Program-made: the position numbers and the translations under genes
In this document: positions 8,868 to 18,777 of the stretch, in pieces
Position numbering within the stretch: position 1 is the first letter of the stretch
Layout: each line of letters opens with the position of its first letter
Source: an uncultured Candidatus Saccharibacteria bacterium
GTDB taxonomy: Bacteria; Patescibacteriota; Minisyncoccia; Portnoybacterales; UBA2143
Direction: 5' to 3'
NCBI GenBank assembly: GCA_964629675.1
Contig: CAZVUG010000005.1
Location: 5,806-69,805 of the forward strand
Length of the DNA stretch: 64,000 nucleotides
Notes under the pieces: generated by a model
The model's input: only the letters and a program-made list of their open reading frames with translations
Database searches by the model: none
Told to the model about the DNA's origin: nothing

Positions 8868-9449
8868 ATGCTTTCTCTCAAACAAAAATTTTTTATCTAT
8901 TTAGGAATTGCTTTAATTATTTTTTCGCTAGCAATTAGCTTAGGCATTCTTCCTTTAATTTATCAAGTCAAAGAAAGCTCTCAAAAATATTTAGCTAATC
9001 AGCAAGATTTAATGAGGTTAGATTTAAAAGAGTCTTTATATAAGGATATTTATAAAAGTTACAAGGAAACGGAAAAAGATATTCTAAAAGCCGAAAGCGC
9101 TTTCTTAAATTTTCAAGAAACAGTTGGTTTTATTTCTACTTTAGAAAAAGTAGCTGAAGAGACTGGTAATTTTTTTGAAATTAAATCAGCTGTGCCAGCT
9201 AATTCTTCTTCTCAAGAAAGATATCTCTATCTGAATATTTTTGTTCAAGGCAGTTTTGAAAGCTTGCTCCAGTTTATTGCCTATGTTGAAGACAGCCCTT
9301 ATCCTCCTTACCGATTAATAGAAATAGAAGAAATTTCAATAGAGAAAAATTCACCTCAATTTCAAGAAGCAACAGAAAAATCGCCAGAAGCTGACTTGGC
9401 AAAAAATAATTTGAGGACTAATTTAGGCGTAAAAGTTTATTTACAATAA
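8868..9449 (+). CDS. pilO: PilO-like protein
   Basis: N-terminal TM, coiled coil, GSFESLLQFIAYVE; position after pilN. Confidence 0.7.
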   Translation: MLSLKQKFFIYLGIALIIFSLAISLGILPLIYQVKESSQKYLANQQDLMRLDLKESLYKDIYKSYKETEKDILKAESAFLNFQETVGFISTLEKVAEETGNFFEIKSAVPANSSSQERYLYLNIFVQGSFESLLQFIAYVEDSPYPPYRLIEIEEISIEKNSPQFQEATEKSPEADLAKNNLRTNLGVKVYLQ

Positions 9450-9454
9450 ATTAA

Positions 9455-9733
9455 ATGGCTATTAAAAAAATCTCAATTGAAAAAATAAATTCTATTTTAG
9501 AGAAATGCTATCATTGGATTGTTGGTCTCATTTTGTTATTGCTTTTTTTAGTCAGCTTATTTATTTATTACCAAAATATTTATCTGGTTGTCCACAAAGA
9601 AATAGAAGTTAATATTGATAAGTCAGCTATTAATCAAGAAACATTGAGCCAAGTTTTATCTAATATAAAGGAAAGACAGGACAGGCTAGTGGAAATCAAG
9701 GAGAACCATTATCGCAATCCCTTTAATGAATAA
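9455..9733 (+). CDS. Small membrane protein, PilP-position (ends RNPF)
   Basis: One TM helix, C-terminal YRNPF resembling the PilP RDPF motif; fourth gene of the pil block. Confidence 0.55.
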   Translation: MAIKKISIEKINSILEKCYHWIVGLILLLLFLVSLFIYYQNIYLVVHKEIEVNIDKSAINQETLSQVLSNIKERQDRLVEIKENHYRNPFNE

Positions 9734-9772
9734 CAATTGACTTTTTAGATTTGTCAGTTACAATTTAATTAA

Positions 9773-9845
9773 GCGCCTGTAGCTCAGCGGATAGAGCAAT
9801 GGGTTTCTAACCCATTGGTCGTAGGTTCGACTCCTACCAGGCGTG
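9773..9845 (+). tRNA. tRNA-Arg (TCT), CCA not encoded
   Basis: GCGCCTG/CAGGCGT stem, ATGGG-TTTCTAA-CCCAT anticodon arm; promoter TTGACT(9737)-16-TACAAT(9759). Confidence 0.95.
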
Positions 9846-9870
9846 CTCTAATAAATAAAAGAAATTCATT

Positions 9871-10722
9871 ATGTTAGATTCACTGCAAAATTTTACTAAT
9901 AGTTTAATTCCTTGGTTTGTCTCTCAGGGATTAAGAATAGCTATTATCCTAATAGCTGCTTATTTAGTCCAGAAATTTGGCAATAAATTTGTCGAAAAAA
10001 TTGTCCGCAAAACAGTTATCAGCGATCATTTTTTAACTAAAGAAGCAGAGAAAAAGAGAGAAGATACTTTAATCAGAGTTTTTGCCGGAGCTTTAAAAGT
10101 AATTGTCTGGCTGGTTGTTATTTTTATCATACTTTCTGAACTAGGTATTGACATTGCTCCTCTCTTGGCTGGCGCTGGTATTGCCGGGGTAGCTTTAGGC
10201 TTTGGCGCCCAGTATGTTGTGCGAAATTTCTTAGCTGGTTTATTCCTTATTCTAGAAAATCAGTACCGAGTTGGCGATGTCGTCTGTTTAGATGATACTT
10301 GCGGATCAGTCGAAGATATTACTTTGCGAAGGACTATCTTGCGCGATCTAGATGGGACAGTTCATAATGTTCCTAACGGCGAAATTAAAAGATCATCTAA
10401 TCTTTCGAAAGATTTTTCGCGGGTGAATTTAAATATCGGTGTTTCTTACAGCGCTAATTTAGAAAAAGTTATTGAAACAGTTAACCAGGTTGGCCGGGAA
10501 TTAGCTGAAGATTCTTTTTGGAAAGATGCTATTAAATCTGCGCCGCAATTTTTAAGAGTAAATGATTTTGCTGATTCAGCAGTTATTATTAAAATTTTAG
10601 GAGAGACTCAACCATTAAAACAATGGGACGTCCTAGGTGAATTAAGAAAAAGAATAAAAGTTGCTTTTGATAGAGAAGGAATTGAAATACCTTTTAATCA
10701 AATAGTAGTGCATCAAAAATAA
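9871..10722 (+). CDS. mscS: Small-conductance mechanosensitive channel (MscS/YbiO family)
   Basis: LLAGAGIAGVALGFGAQ, VGDVV, VPNG, EGIEIPF. Confidence 0.92.
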   Translation: MLDSLQNFTNSLIPWFVSQGLRIAIILIAAYLVQKFGNKFVEKIVRKTVISDHFLTKEAEKKREDTLIRVFAGALKVIVWLVVIFIILSELGIDIAPLLAGAGIAGVALGFGAQYVVRNFLAGLFLILENQYRVGDVVCLDDTCGSVEDITLRRTILRDLDGTVHNVPNGEIKRSSNLSKDFSRVNLNIGVSYSANLEKVIETVNQVGRELAEDSFWKDAIKSAPQFLRVNDFADSAVIIKILGETQPLKQWDVLGELRKRIKVAFDREGIEIPFNQIVVHQK

Positions 10723-10726
10723 AGAT

Positions 10727-10755
10727 TTGACATTATAAATATAATCTGCTATTTT
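10727..10755 (+). promoter_or_regulatory. Promoter of the str operon
   Basis: TTGACA-17bp-TATTTT with extended TG. Confidence 0.55.
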
Positions 10756-10786
10756 TGAGTTGGATTATTTTTTTATCTTAAGAAAT

Positions 10787-11239
10787 ATGCCTACCATTAA
10801 TCAATTAATAAAAAAATCAAGAAAAACAGCTAAGAAGAAACCAAAAACTCCAGCTTTGCGGAGAACTTTTAATTTACTAAAAAACAAACCAGGACAGTCG
10901 CCTTCTCCTTTTAAAAGGGGAGTTTGCGTTAGGGTTTACACAACTACTCCGAAAAAGCCTAATTCAGCTTTGAGAAAAGTAGCTAGGGTTAGGCTAACAA
11001 ATGGCCGAGAAGTAACTGCTTATATCCCCGGGCAAGGTCATAATATCCAAGAGCACTCAGTAGTTTTAATTAGGGGTGGCCGAGTCAAAGACTTGCCAGG
11101 AGTGCGTTATCACGTTATCAGAGGAGTTTTGGATTCTGAAGGCGTTGAGGGGCGCAAGCAAAGTCGAAGCCTTTATGGCACTAAAAAATCTAAAGAAGGA
11201 GGAGCTCCTAGCAGCAAATCTGCCGAAGAGTCAGCCTAA
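10787..11239 (+). CDS. rpsL: 30S ribosomal protein S12
   Basis: MPTINQL start (ATG 10787), [20 protein letters not shown]. Confidence 0.98.
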   Translation: MPTINQLIKKSRKTAKKKPKTPALRRTFNLLKNKPGQSPSPFKRGVCVRVYTTTPKKPNSALRKVARVRLTNGREVTAYIPGQGHNIQEHSVVLIRGGRVKDLPGVRYHVIRGVLDSEGVEGRKQSRSLYGTKKSKEGGAPSSKSAEESA

Positions 11240-11258
11240 TTAATTTTGCCTTAATAAT

Positions 11259-11729
11259 ATGAGAAGAAAAACTAAAGTCAAAAGAGAAATTATCCCAGAT
11301 CCTAGATACGATGATATTCTAGTCGCTAAATTTATCAATCATTTGATGAAAGACGGCAAGAAAGCTGTTGCTCAAAAAGTTTTTTATAATGCTTTTGCCA
11401 TAATAAAAAAATCTAACAAAGAAGAAGATCCTTTGGAATTATTCGACAAAGCAATTAATAATGTTTCTCCTTTCGTTGAAGTTAAGTCTAGAAGAATAGG
11501 CGGAGCTCATTATCAGGTGCCTCGCGAAGTAAAAGGCGAAAGGAAAATTACCTTAGCTATCCGCTGGATTATTCAAGTTTGCCGGAATAAAAAAGGAAAG
11601 CCGATGTCCCAGAAATTAGCAGATGAATTTATTCAAGCTTCTCAGGGAGCTGGCGAAGCAATTAAAAAGAAAGAAGATATGCACCGAATGGCCGAAGCTA
11701 ATAAAGCTTTTGCCCATTTTTCTTGGTAG
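11259..11729 (+). CDS. rpsG: 30S ribosomal protein S7
   Basis: SRRIGGAHYQVP, MAEANKAFAH. Confidence 0.98.
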   Translation: MRRKTKVKREIIPDPRYDDILVAKFINHLMKDGKKAVAQKVFYNAFAIIKKSNKEEDPLELFDKAINNVSPFVEVKSRRIGGAHYQVPREVKGERKITLAIRWIIQVCRNKKGKPMSQKLADEFIQASQGAGEAIKKKEDMHRMAEANKAFAHFSW

Positions 11730-11735
11730 ATAAAA

Positions 11736-13847
11736 ATGAGATATCCTATTGAAAAAACAAGAGATATTGGCATCATTGCGCATATTGATGCTGGAAAAAC
11801 AACCGTTACTGAGCGAGTTCTTTTTTATACGGGAATTTCTCACCGTATTGGAGAAGTTCACGAAGGCGAAGCGATCATGGATTGGATGGAACAAGAAAGA
11901 GAGAGAGGTATTACAATAACTTCAGCGGCAACGACTTGCTTTTGGACGCCTCGGGAATATTTATCTAAAGAACCGGGCAAATTTTGTATTAATATTATTG
12001 ATACGCCTGGCCATATAGATTTTACCGTAGAAGTCCAGCGTTCTTTAAGAGTCCTTGACGGAGCAGTTATTGTTTTTGACGGCGTTGCCGGAGTAGAATC
12101 TCAATCAGAAACAGTTTGGCGCCAGGCGGATAAATTTGACGTACCCCGCATTTGTTTTATTAATAAATTAGATAGAATGGGGGCAAATTTTGAAAGGAGC
12201 TTAGAATCAATTTGGCAAAGGCTTACGCCAAGAGCAGTTGCTGTTGAAATACCTATTGGCTTGGAGGAAAATCATCAAGGAGTTATTGATCTGATCAAAA
12301 TGAAAGCTCATAAATTTATAGGTGATTATGGGGAAAAAGTAACTGCTGAAGAAATTCCGCAAGAGTTAAAAGAAAAAGCAGAAGAATACAGAGCTAAATT
12401 AGTGGAATCGATTGTTGAGCAGGATGAAAAATTAACAGAAGATTATTTAAATGGCCAAGAAATATCAGAAGATGATTTAAGAAGAGTTCTCCGTCAGGCA
12501 ACCATTGATTATCAGCTAGTGCCAGTTTTTTGCGGTTCGGCCTTGAAAAACAAAGGGGTCCAGCTTTTATTGGATGGAGTCATTGATTATTTACCTAACC
12601 CGACTGAAAGGCCGGCTGTTGAAGGCTTTTCCACTAATGATGATACACAGAGAATAACCAGAGAAATTAAAGATGAAGCTCCATTAGCCGCCTTGGTTTT
12701 TAAAATTGCTAATGATCCTTTTGTTGGCCAATTGGCTTACATTAGAGTTTATTCAGGAGTTTTGGAAAGCGGCAGCTATGTTTTAAATTCTAGCACTGGC
12801 AAAAAAGAAAGAGTTGGCCGCATTTTAAAAATGCATTCTAACAAAAGAGAAGAAGTTAAAGAAGTCTATGCTGGTGAAATTGCCGCAGTTGTTGGTCCAA
12901 AAAATACGACTACTGGCGATACTATTACTGATGTTAACCACCCAATTATTTTAGAAAAAATTACTTTCCCAGAACCGGTTATCTCTATTGCAATTGAGCC
13001 TAAAAGCAAGGCTGATCAAGAAAAAATGTCTTTAGCTTTAGGTAAATTGGCTGAAGAGGATCCGACTTTTCAAGTTAGAAGTGATATTGACAGCGGCCAA
13101 ACTATTATTGCTGGAATGGGAGAACTTCATTTAGAAGTTATTGTTGACCGGCTTTTGCGTGAATTTAAAGTTGGCGCAAGTATTGGCCAGCCTCAGGTAA
13201 GTTACAAAGAGACGATCAAGAAAGAAAATAAAGCAGAAGGCAAATATATTAGGCAATCAGGCGGCCGCGGCCAATATGGCCATGTCCTTATTAAAATTGA
13301 GCCTCTAGAACAAGGCCAAGGATTTGAATTTGTTAATGAAATTAAAGGAGGCGTTATTCCGCAAGAATTTATCCCAGCTGTAGAAAAAGGAATTAAAGAA
13401 GCAATGAATAAAGGGGTTATTGCCGGATATCCTGTTGTTGACCTTAAAGTAACTCTTTACGATGGCACTTATCATGAGGTGGACTCCTCGGAAATGTCTT
13501 TTAAAATTGCCGGTTCAATAGCTTTGCAAGAAGCCGCTAAAGGAGCGGACCCGATTATTCTAGAACCAATTATGAAATTAGAAGTTGTTACGCCAGAAGA
13601 ATTTATGGGAGATGTTATTGGCGATTTGAGCTCAAAAAGAGGCAAAATCGAGAAAATGGAAGATCGGGGCGAAGGTGTTGCCCAAGTGAAAATAATTAAG
13701 GGCTGGTCTCCATTATCAACTATGTTTGGCTATGCGACGCAGCTTCGTTCAATAACTCAAGGTCGAGCTAGTTTTACAATGGAATTTGACCATTATGCAG
13801 AAGTGCCTAAAAATATAGCGGAAAGCATCATTGAGGGTAATAAATAA
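11736..13847 (+). CDS. fusA: Elongation factor G
   Basis: [30 protein letters not shown]. Confidence 0.99.
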   Translation: MRYPIEKTRDIGIIAHIDAGKTTVTERVLFYTGISHRIGEVHEGEAIMDWMEQERERGITITSAATTCFWTPREYLSKEPGKFCINIIDTPGHIDFTVEVQRSLRVLDGAVIVFDGVAGVESQSETVWRQADKFDVPRICFINKLDRMGANFERSLESIWQRLTPRAVAVEIPIGLEENHQGVIDLIKMKAHKFIGDYGEKVTAEEIPQELKEKAEEYRAKLVESIVEQDEKLTEDYLNGQEISEDDLRRVLRQATIDYQLVPVFCGSALKNKGVQLLLDGVIDYLPNPTERPAVEGFSTNDDTQRITREIKDEAPLAALVFKIANDPFVGQLAYIRVYSGVLESGSYVLNSSTGKKERVGRILKMHSNKREEVKEVYAGEIAAVVGPKNTTTGDTITDVNHPIILEKITFPEPVISIAIEPKSKADQEKMSLALGKLAEEDPTFQVRSDIDSGQTIIAGMGELHLEVIVDRLLREFKVGASIGQPQVSYKETIKKENKAEGKYIRQSGGRGQYGHVLIKIEPLEQGQGFEFVNEIKGGVIPQEFIPAVEKGIKEAMNKGVIAGYPVVDLKVTLYDGTYHEVDSSEMSFKIAGSIALQEAAKGADPIILEPIMKLEVVTPEEFMGDVIGDLSSKRGKIEKMEDRGEGVAQVKIIKGWSPLSTMFGYATQLRSITQGRASFTMEFDHYAEVPKNIAESIIEGNK

Positions 13848-13861
13848 ATAAATTTAATATT

Positions 13862-14113
13862 ATGTGGGATAAAATTAAAAAGCTATTGCAAAAAGAAGGA
13901 GGTAAGTGTATTATAATAGAAAAAGGCGAACCTACTTATTTAGTCCAAAAGTTGGATGATGATAATGAATTTTCTTCTGCAAAAAGAGAAGTTTCTGATT
14001 GGGAAAAAATTAATAAAAACGTTGAGGAATTAACTGCCGAAGAAGAAGAAAAAGAACAGGAAAATTTAAATACAGAACAAAACAATATTAAAATAGAAGA
14101 TTTGCCTTTCTAA
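13862..14113 (+). CDS. Small acidic hypothetical protein (Phd/YefM-like N-terminus, SSB-like C-terminal tail)
   Basis: 83 aa filling the fusA-tuf gap; ends IKIEDLPF. Confidence 0.8.
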   Translation: MWDKIKKLLQKEGGKCIIIEKGEPTYLVQKLDDDNEFSSAKREVSDWEKINKNVEELTAEEEEKEQENLNTEQNNIKIEDLPF

Positions 14114-14119
14114 TAATTA

Positions 14120-14148
14120 TTGACATAAATATTTTTTATTGGTAAATT
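14120..14148 (+). promoter_or_regulatory. tuf promoter
   Basis: TTGACA-17bp-TAAATT with extended TGn. Confidence 0.65.
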
Positions 14149-14159
14149 AAATTAAAGAT

Positions 14160-14224
14160 TTTGTAACTTATAATTTGTAACCTGTATTATTAAATTTTGC
14201 ATGTTGCATGTTATGCGTTATAAA
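14160..14224 (+). repeat. Heptamer-repeat hairpin in the tuf 5' UTR
   Basis: 27-nt arms (14160-14186 / 14198-14224) pair with G-U wobbles and mismatches only at stem positions 9, 16 and 23. Confidence 0.75.
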
Positions 14225-14238
14225 TTAAATTAATAAAT

Positions 14239-15438
14239 ATGGCAGAAAAATTCGAAAGAAATAAACCACATCTTAACGTAGGCACTATCGGTCATGTTGA
14301 CCATGGCAAAACTACTTTAACAGCAGCTATTCTTAAATGTCTCCAAGGAGCTGGTTTTGTTGCCCAAAAGAAAGACGTCTCTGATATTGATAATGCTCCA
14401 GAAGAAAAAGCTAGAGGGCTGACAATAGCTGTTGCTCATGTTGAATACGAGACCGAAAATCGCCATTATGCCCATATTGATTGTCCAGGCCATGCTGACT
14501 ATATTAAAAACATGATTACTGGAGCAGCTCAAATGGATGGAGCTATTTTGGTAGTTTCTGCTTCAGATGGTCCAATGCCGCAAACGCGAGAGCACATTCT
14601 TTTGGCTCGCCAAGTTGGCTTGCCAGCCTTAATTGTCTTTTTAAATAAAGTAGATCAAGTTGATGATCCAGAATTAATTGATCTAGTAGAACAAGAAGTT
14701 AGGGAACTTTTGAATAAATATGAATTTGATGGTGACAATGCTACTATTATCCGCGGATCAGCTCTGCAAGCTCTTGAGTGTGGCTGCGGCAAGGAAGATT
14801 GCCCAAAATGCGGACCAATAAGATCTTTGGTTAAAGCATTAGATGAAAAAATTCCTGAGCCTACTCGAAAAATAGACGAACCTTTCTTATTGCCAATTGA
14901 AGACGTTTTTTCAATTGAAGGAAGAGGAACTGTTGCTACTGGCAGAATTGAAAGAGGTAAAATTAAACTAAACGAAGAAGTAGAAATAATTGGCTTAAAA
15001 GATACTCAAAAAACAGTAGTTACTGGTATTGAAATGTTTAATAAATCTCTAGATGAAGGTCAGGCAGGAGACAATGCAGGAATTTTGCTTCGCGGTATTA
15101 AGAAAGAGGATGTTGATCGAGGCCAAATTTTAGCAGCTCCTGGAAGCATTACACCGCATCAAGAATTCGAAGGAGAAGTATATATATTAAGTAAAGAAGA
15201 AGGTGGACGTCATACTCCATTTTTCTCCGGCTATAAGCCACAGTTTTATATCAGAACTACTGATGTCACTGGTGAAGTTACTTTGCCTGAAGGCACCGAA
15301 ATGGTTATGCCTGGTGATACAGTAAATTTGAAAGTTAAATTGATGGCTCCCGTAGCTTTAGAAGAAAAGCAGCGTTTTGCTCTCCGCGAAGGAGGTAAGA
15401 CAGTTGGTGCAGGAGTAGTGACCAAAATAGAAAAGTAA
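14239..15438 (+). CDS. tuf: Elongation factor Tu
   Basis: [28 protein letters not shown]. Confidence 0.99.
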   Translation: MAEKFERNKPHLNVGTIGHVDHGKTTLTAAILKCLQGAGFVAQKKDVSDIDNAPEEKARGLTIAVAHVEYETENRHYAHIDCPGHADYIKNMITGAAQMDGAILVVSASDGPMPQTREHILLARQVGLPALIVFLNKVDQVDDPELIDLVEQEVRELLNKYEFDGDNATIIRGSALQALECGCGKEDCPKCGPIRSLVKALDEKIPEPTRKIDEPFLLPIEDVFSIEGRGTVATGRIERGKIKLNEEVEIIGLKDTQKTVVTGIEMFNKSLDEGQAGDNAGILLRGIKKEDVDRGQILAAPGSITPHQEFEGEVYILSKEEGGRHTPFFSGYKPQFYIRTTDVTGEVTLPEGTEMVMPGDTVNLKVKLMAPVALEEKQRFALREGGKTVGAGVVTKIEK

Positions 15439-15439
15439 G

Positions 15440-15772
15440 ATGTCATCTAACAAAAAAGAAGAGTCTAAACAGAAAATTAGAATTAAGGTTCAAGCCTACG
15501 ATCATAAATTGATTGACCAATCAGTCAAGCAAATTGTTGAGGCAGTTGAGAGATTCGAAGTAGAGATTCATGGACCTGTTCCTTTGCCTACCGAGATTCA
15601 TAAATATACGGTTAATCGTTCTAGCTTTGTCCATAAAACTTCAAGGGAACAATATGAAGTAAGGGTTCATAAAAGATTGATTGATATTATTGATCCAAAT
15701 TCTAAAGTAATTGATGCTTTGATGGGGTTGAACCTTCCGGCGGGAGTAGATATTGAAATAAAGACAATCTAA
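15440..15772 (+). CDS. rpsJ: 30S ribosomal protein S10
   Basis: [23 protein letters not shown]. Confidence 0.98.
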   Translation: MSSNKKEESKQKIRIKVQAYDHKLIDQSVKQIVEAVERFEVEIHGPVPLPTEIHKYTVNRSSFVHKTSREQYEVRVHKRLIDIIDPNSKVIDALMGLNLPAGVDIEIKTI

Positions 15773-15865
15773 TCCGTAAACTAATTAAAGTTTGCGAAGA
15801 TATAATTATTTGTTTATTCTATATGAGAAAATGTCTCTTTAGAAGAGAGTGAAGAAAATAGTGAA

Positions 15866-15903
15866 GGGATTTAGTCATCAGACCGGGACTATCCCCGGTT
15901 TTT
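15866..15903 (+). promoter_or_regulatory. Putative attenuator (terminator/antiterminator) upstream of rplC
   Basis: GACCGGG-ACTATC-CCCGGTT+TTT terminator; GGGATTTAGTC(15866-76) can alternatively pair with GACTATCCC(15887-95). Confidence 0.5.
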
Positions 15904-15909
15904 GCTTAT

Positions 15910-16548
15910 ATGAAGTTTATTCTAGGAAAAAAAATAGGAATGAGTCAGATTTTTAAAGAAAACGGAAGCGTAGTCCCAGCTACTTTAGTTGAGGCTGGGC
16001 CATGCAAGGTAACTCAAATCAAAACATTGGCAAAAGACGGTTATCAAGCAACTCAAATTGGCTTTATGGAATTAAAAAAGAAAAAAGGGAATAAACAATT
16101 CCGTTATCTCAGAGAATTTCCGCTAACAAATTTAAAAGTAGGGGAAGAAATTAAAGCTTCCTGTTTTAATTTAGGAGAAACAATTAGAGTGTCAGGTATT
16201 TCTAAAGCAAAAGGGTTTCAAGGAGGAGTTAAAAGACATGGTTTTTCTGGTTTTCCTGCTTCTCATGGAACTAAGCATGGATTAAGAGCTCCTGGATCTA
16301 TTGGTTCAGCATTTCCCGAAAGAGTTTGGAAAGGCAGAAAAATGGCTGGTAGAATGGGCGGCCAAAGAATAACTGTCAAAGGCTTGGAAATAGCCCAAAT
16401 TGATGAAGAAAATAATTTATTAGCTATTAGAGGTGCTGTTCCTGGCAGAGAAGGAACTTTAATAGAAATTATAGCCACTCGCGAAATTGAAAAAGCAGAA
16501 ACAGCAACAGAAACAGAAACAGAAACAAAAGAGGAACAAAAAGATTAA
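15910..16548 (+). CDS. rplC: 50S ribosomal protein L3
   Basis: GKKIGMSQ, KGFQGGVKRHG, APGSIG. Confidence 0.97.
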   Translation: MKFILGKKIGMSQIFKENGSVVPATLVEAGPCKVTQIKTLAKDGYQATQIGFMELKKKKGNKQFRYLREFPLTNLKVGEEIKASCFNLGETIRVSGISKAKGFQGGVKRHGFSGFPASHGTKHGLRAPGSIGSAFPERVWKGRKMAGRMGGQRITVKGLEIAQIDEENNLLAIRGAVPGREGTLIEIIATREIEKAETATETETETKEEQKD

Positions 16549-16550
16549 AT

Positions 16551-17195
16551 ATGAAGATAATTTTACACAATCAAAACGGAGAGGAAATTGGCAAGGTAGA
16601 ATTACCCAAAGATTTTTTTGAAGTAGAAATGAATCCGGACTTAGTTCATCAAGTAATAGTTGCTCAAAATGCCAACGCCAGAAAGGTTTTAGCTCATACT
16701 AAAGACAGAGGAGAAGTAAGCGGTGGTGGAAAAAAACCTTGGCGGCAAAAAGGAACTGGCCGTGCTAGACATGGGTCTATTCGCTCGCCTATCTGGAAAG
16801 GCGGTGGGGTTTGTTTCGGCCCAACTAAAGAAAGAGTTTTCAGCAAGAAAATTAATAAAAAAATGAAGCAAAAAGCATTAATGATGGGATTGTCTTCTAA
16901 AGTTAAAGATAAAGAAATAGTTTTATTAGACAGAATAGAATTAACTCAGCCTAAAACTAAAATAGTTTTCGAGATTATTAAAAATTTAGGAAATAAGCTG
17001 GAGAAAAAGTTAACCAAAGGATCTTTGATTGTTCTTCCCGAGACAGACCAAAATATTATTAGATCTACAAGAAATATTCCTAAGATGAAAATAATCAGAG
17101 CTGACAGCTTAAATACATTAGATATTCTTTCATATAAATATCTAATAATTATTAAAGAAAGCATTAAGGTTATGCAGAAAACATACCTTCATTAA
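16551..17195 (+). CDS. rplD: 50S ribosomal protein L4
   Basis: KPWRQKGTGRARHGS. Confidence 0.98.
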   Translation: MKIILHNQNGEEIGKVELPKDFFEVEMNPDLVHQVIVAQNANARKVLAHTKDRGEVSGGGKKPWRQKGTGRARHGSIRSPIWKGGGVCFGPTKERVFSKKINKKMKQKALMMGLSSKVKDKEIVLLDRIELTQPKTKIVFEIIKNLGNKLEKKLTKGSLIVLPETDQNIIRSTRNIPKMKIIRADSLNTLDILSYKYLIIIKESIKVMQKTYLH

Positions 17196-17204
17196 GATTA
17201 AATC

Positions 17205-17618
17205 ATGTCTTTATTTAAAAAAAATAAAAAAGAAGAGAAAAAAACAGAAGAAGTATCTGAAGAAAAGCAAAAAACAGTTGAGCCAGAAAGAAGAATAAAA
17301 AAGCAAACGCCAAAAAAAGCGTTAGTTGAAGCTTATCAAATTATTAGAGAGCCTCATATTACAGAAAAAGCAACTTATCTAGGAGAAAGAAATAAATATA
17401 TTTTCAAAATTTATCCCAAGGCTAATAAAATTGAGGTGAAAAAAGCTATTGAATCACTTTATCCAGTTAAAGTAGAAAAAGTTAATATTATTCATTCCGC
17501 TCCGAAAAAAAGAAGGTTAGGAAAATTTGATGGCTGGCGCCAAGGTTTAAAAAAAGGATATTGGAAAGCAGTTGTTACTTTAAAAAAAGGAGATAAGATA
17601 GAAATAATACCGGGATAA
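17205..17618 (+). CDS. rplW: 50S ribosomal protein L23 (N-terminal extension)
   Basis: [23 protein letters not shown]. Confidence 0.95.
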   Translation: MSLFKKNKKEEKKTEEVSEEKQKTVEPERRIKKQTPKKALVEAYQIIREPHITEKATYLGERNKYIFKIYPKANKIEVKKAIESLYPVKVEKVNIIHSAPKKRRLGKFDGWRQGLKKGYWKAVVTLKKGDKIEIIPG

Positions 17619-17631
17619 ATATTTTATTAAT

Positions 17632-18471
17632 ATGAAAAAGTATAAACCAACAACTCCAGGTAGAAGAGGAATGACTTCGGTAGATTACTCTGAATTAACT
17701 AGTTCTAAGCCGGAAAAGTCTTTGCTTAAAAAAATATCTAAGCATAGCGGCCGTAATTCCCGAGGGAGAATAACAGTTCGTCATCAAGGCGGCGGGTATA
17801 AAAAAAAGTACCGCTTAATTGATTTCAAGCGAATTGACAAAGCAGGAATTCCAGCTAAAGTAGCTACTATAGAATACGATCCTAATCGTAGCTGTTTTAT
17901 CGCTCTTTTGCATTATCAAGACGGCGAAAAAAGATATATTCTAGCGCCGGCAAAACTTAAAATAGGCAGCCAGGTTATCTGCCAGGAAAAAACTCCTTTA
18001 AAAATCGGCAACCGGATGAAAATAAAGAATATGCCGATTGGCAGCCAGATTTATAACATAGAGCTTTTTCCGAAAAAAGGCGGGCAAGTTGTTCGTTCGG
18101 CTGGCTCTTCAGCTGAAATACTAGCTCAGGAAAGTATTTATACTCATGTTAAATTTCCTTCAAATGAAGTAAGAGCAATTAATAAAGAATGCTGGGCAAG
18201 CTTAGGCGAACTAAGTAATTCTGGTCATAACAGCGTAGTTATCGGCAAAGCGGGCAGAAAGCGCTGGATGGGTATTCGACCAACTGTTCGCGGTTCGGCA
18301 ATGAATCCTTGCGATCATCCTCATGGAGGAGGAGAGAATCGTCAACCAATTGGTTTAAGAAAAGGGCCAAAAACTCCTTGGGGCAAGTTAGCCTACGGAG
18401 TTAAAACCAGAAAAAAGAAAAAAGCAAGCGATAGATTAATTATTAAAAAAAGAAGTAAAAAAAGAAGATAA
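17632..18471 (+). CDS. rplB: 50S ribosomal protein L2
   Basis: [24 protein letters not shown]. Confidence 0.99.
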   Translation: MKKYKPTTPGRRGMTSVDYSELTSSKPEKSLLKKISKHSGRNSRGRITVRHQGGGYKKKYRLIDFKRIDKAGIPAKVATIEYDPNRSCFIALLHYQDGEKRYILAPAKLKIGSQVICQEKTPLKIGNRMKIKNMPIGSQIYNIELFPKKGGQVVRSAGSSAEILAQESIYTHVKFPSNEVRAINKECWASLGELSNSGHNSVVIGKAGRKRWMGIRPTVRGSAMNPCDHPHGGGENRQPIGLRKGPKTPWGKLAYGVKTRKKKKASDRLIIKKRSKKRR

Positions 18472-18478
18472 ATAAAAT

Positions 18479-18775
18479 ATGTCTAGGTCACTTAAAAAGG
18501 GTCCTTACGTAGATCCAAAATTACTAAAAAAAATCAGCAAAATGAAAACCGGAGACGCAACGGTTATTAAAACATGGGCCAGAAGTTCTGTTATTACTCC
18601 GGAAATGGTTGGTTTTACTTTTGGTGTTCATAACGGCAAAGAGCATATTCAAGTGTTAGTGGCAGAAGATATGGTCGGACATAAGCTGGGAGAATTTTCT
18701 CCGACAAGGAAGTTTGTAAAACATGGCGGTAAAATGCAAAGAGAGCAAGAAGCAAACCGTCAAAAGAAAGTTTAA
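18479..18775 (+). CDS. rpsS: 30S ribosomal protein S19
   Basis: [19 protein letters not shown]. Confidence 0.98.
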   Translation: MSRSLKKGPYVDPKLLKKISKMKTGDATVIKTWARSSVITPEMVGFTFGVHNGKEHIQVLVAEDMVGHKLGEFSPTRKFVKHGGKMQREQEANRQKKV

Positions 18776-18777
18776 TC

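Noticed and set aside
2382-9845. Genomic island bounded by tRNA-His and tRNA-Arg
   Set aside because: No integrase and no duplicated tRNA 3' end seen; pilMNO are core genes in this lineage.
14160-14224. CRISPR array or terminator interpretation of the repeats
   Set aside because: Units are 7 nt with no spacers and no cas genes; no U-tract follows the stem.
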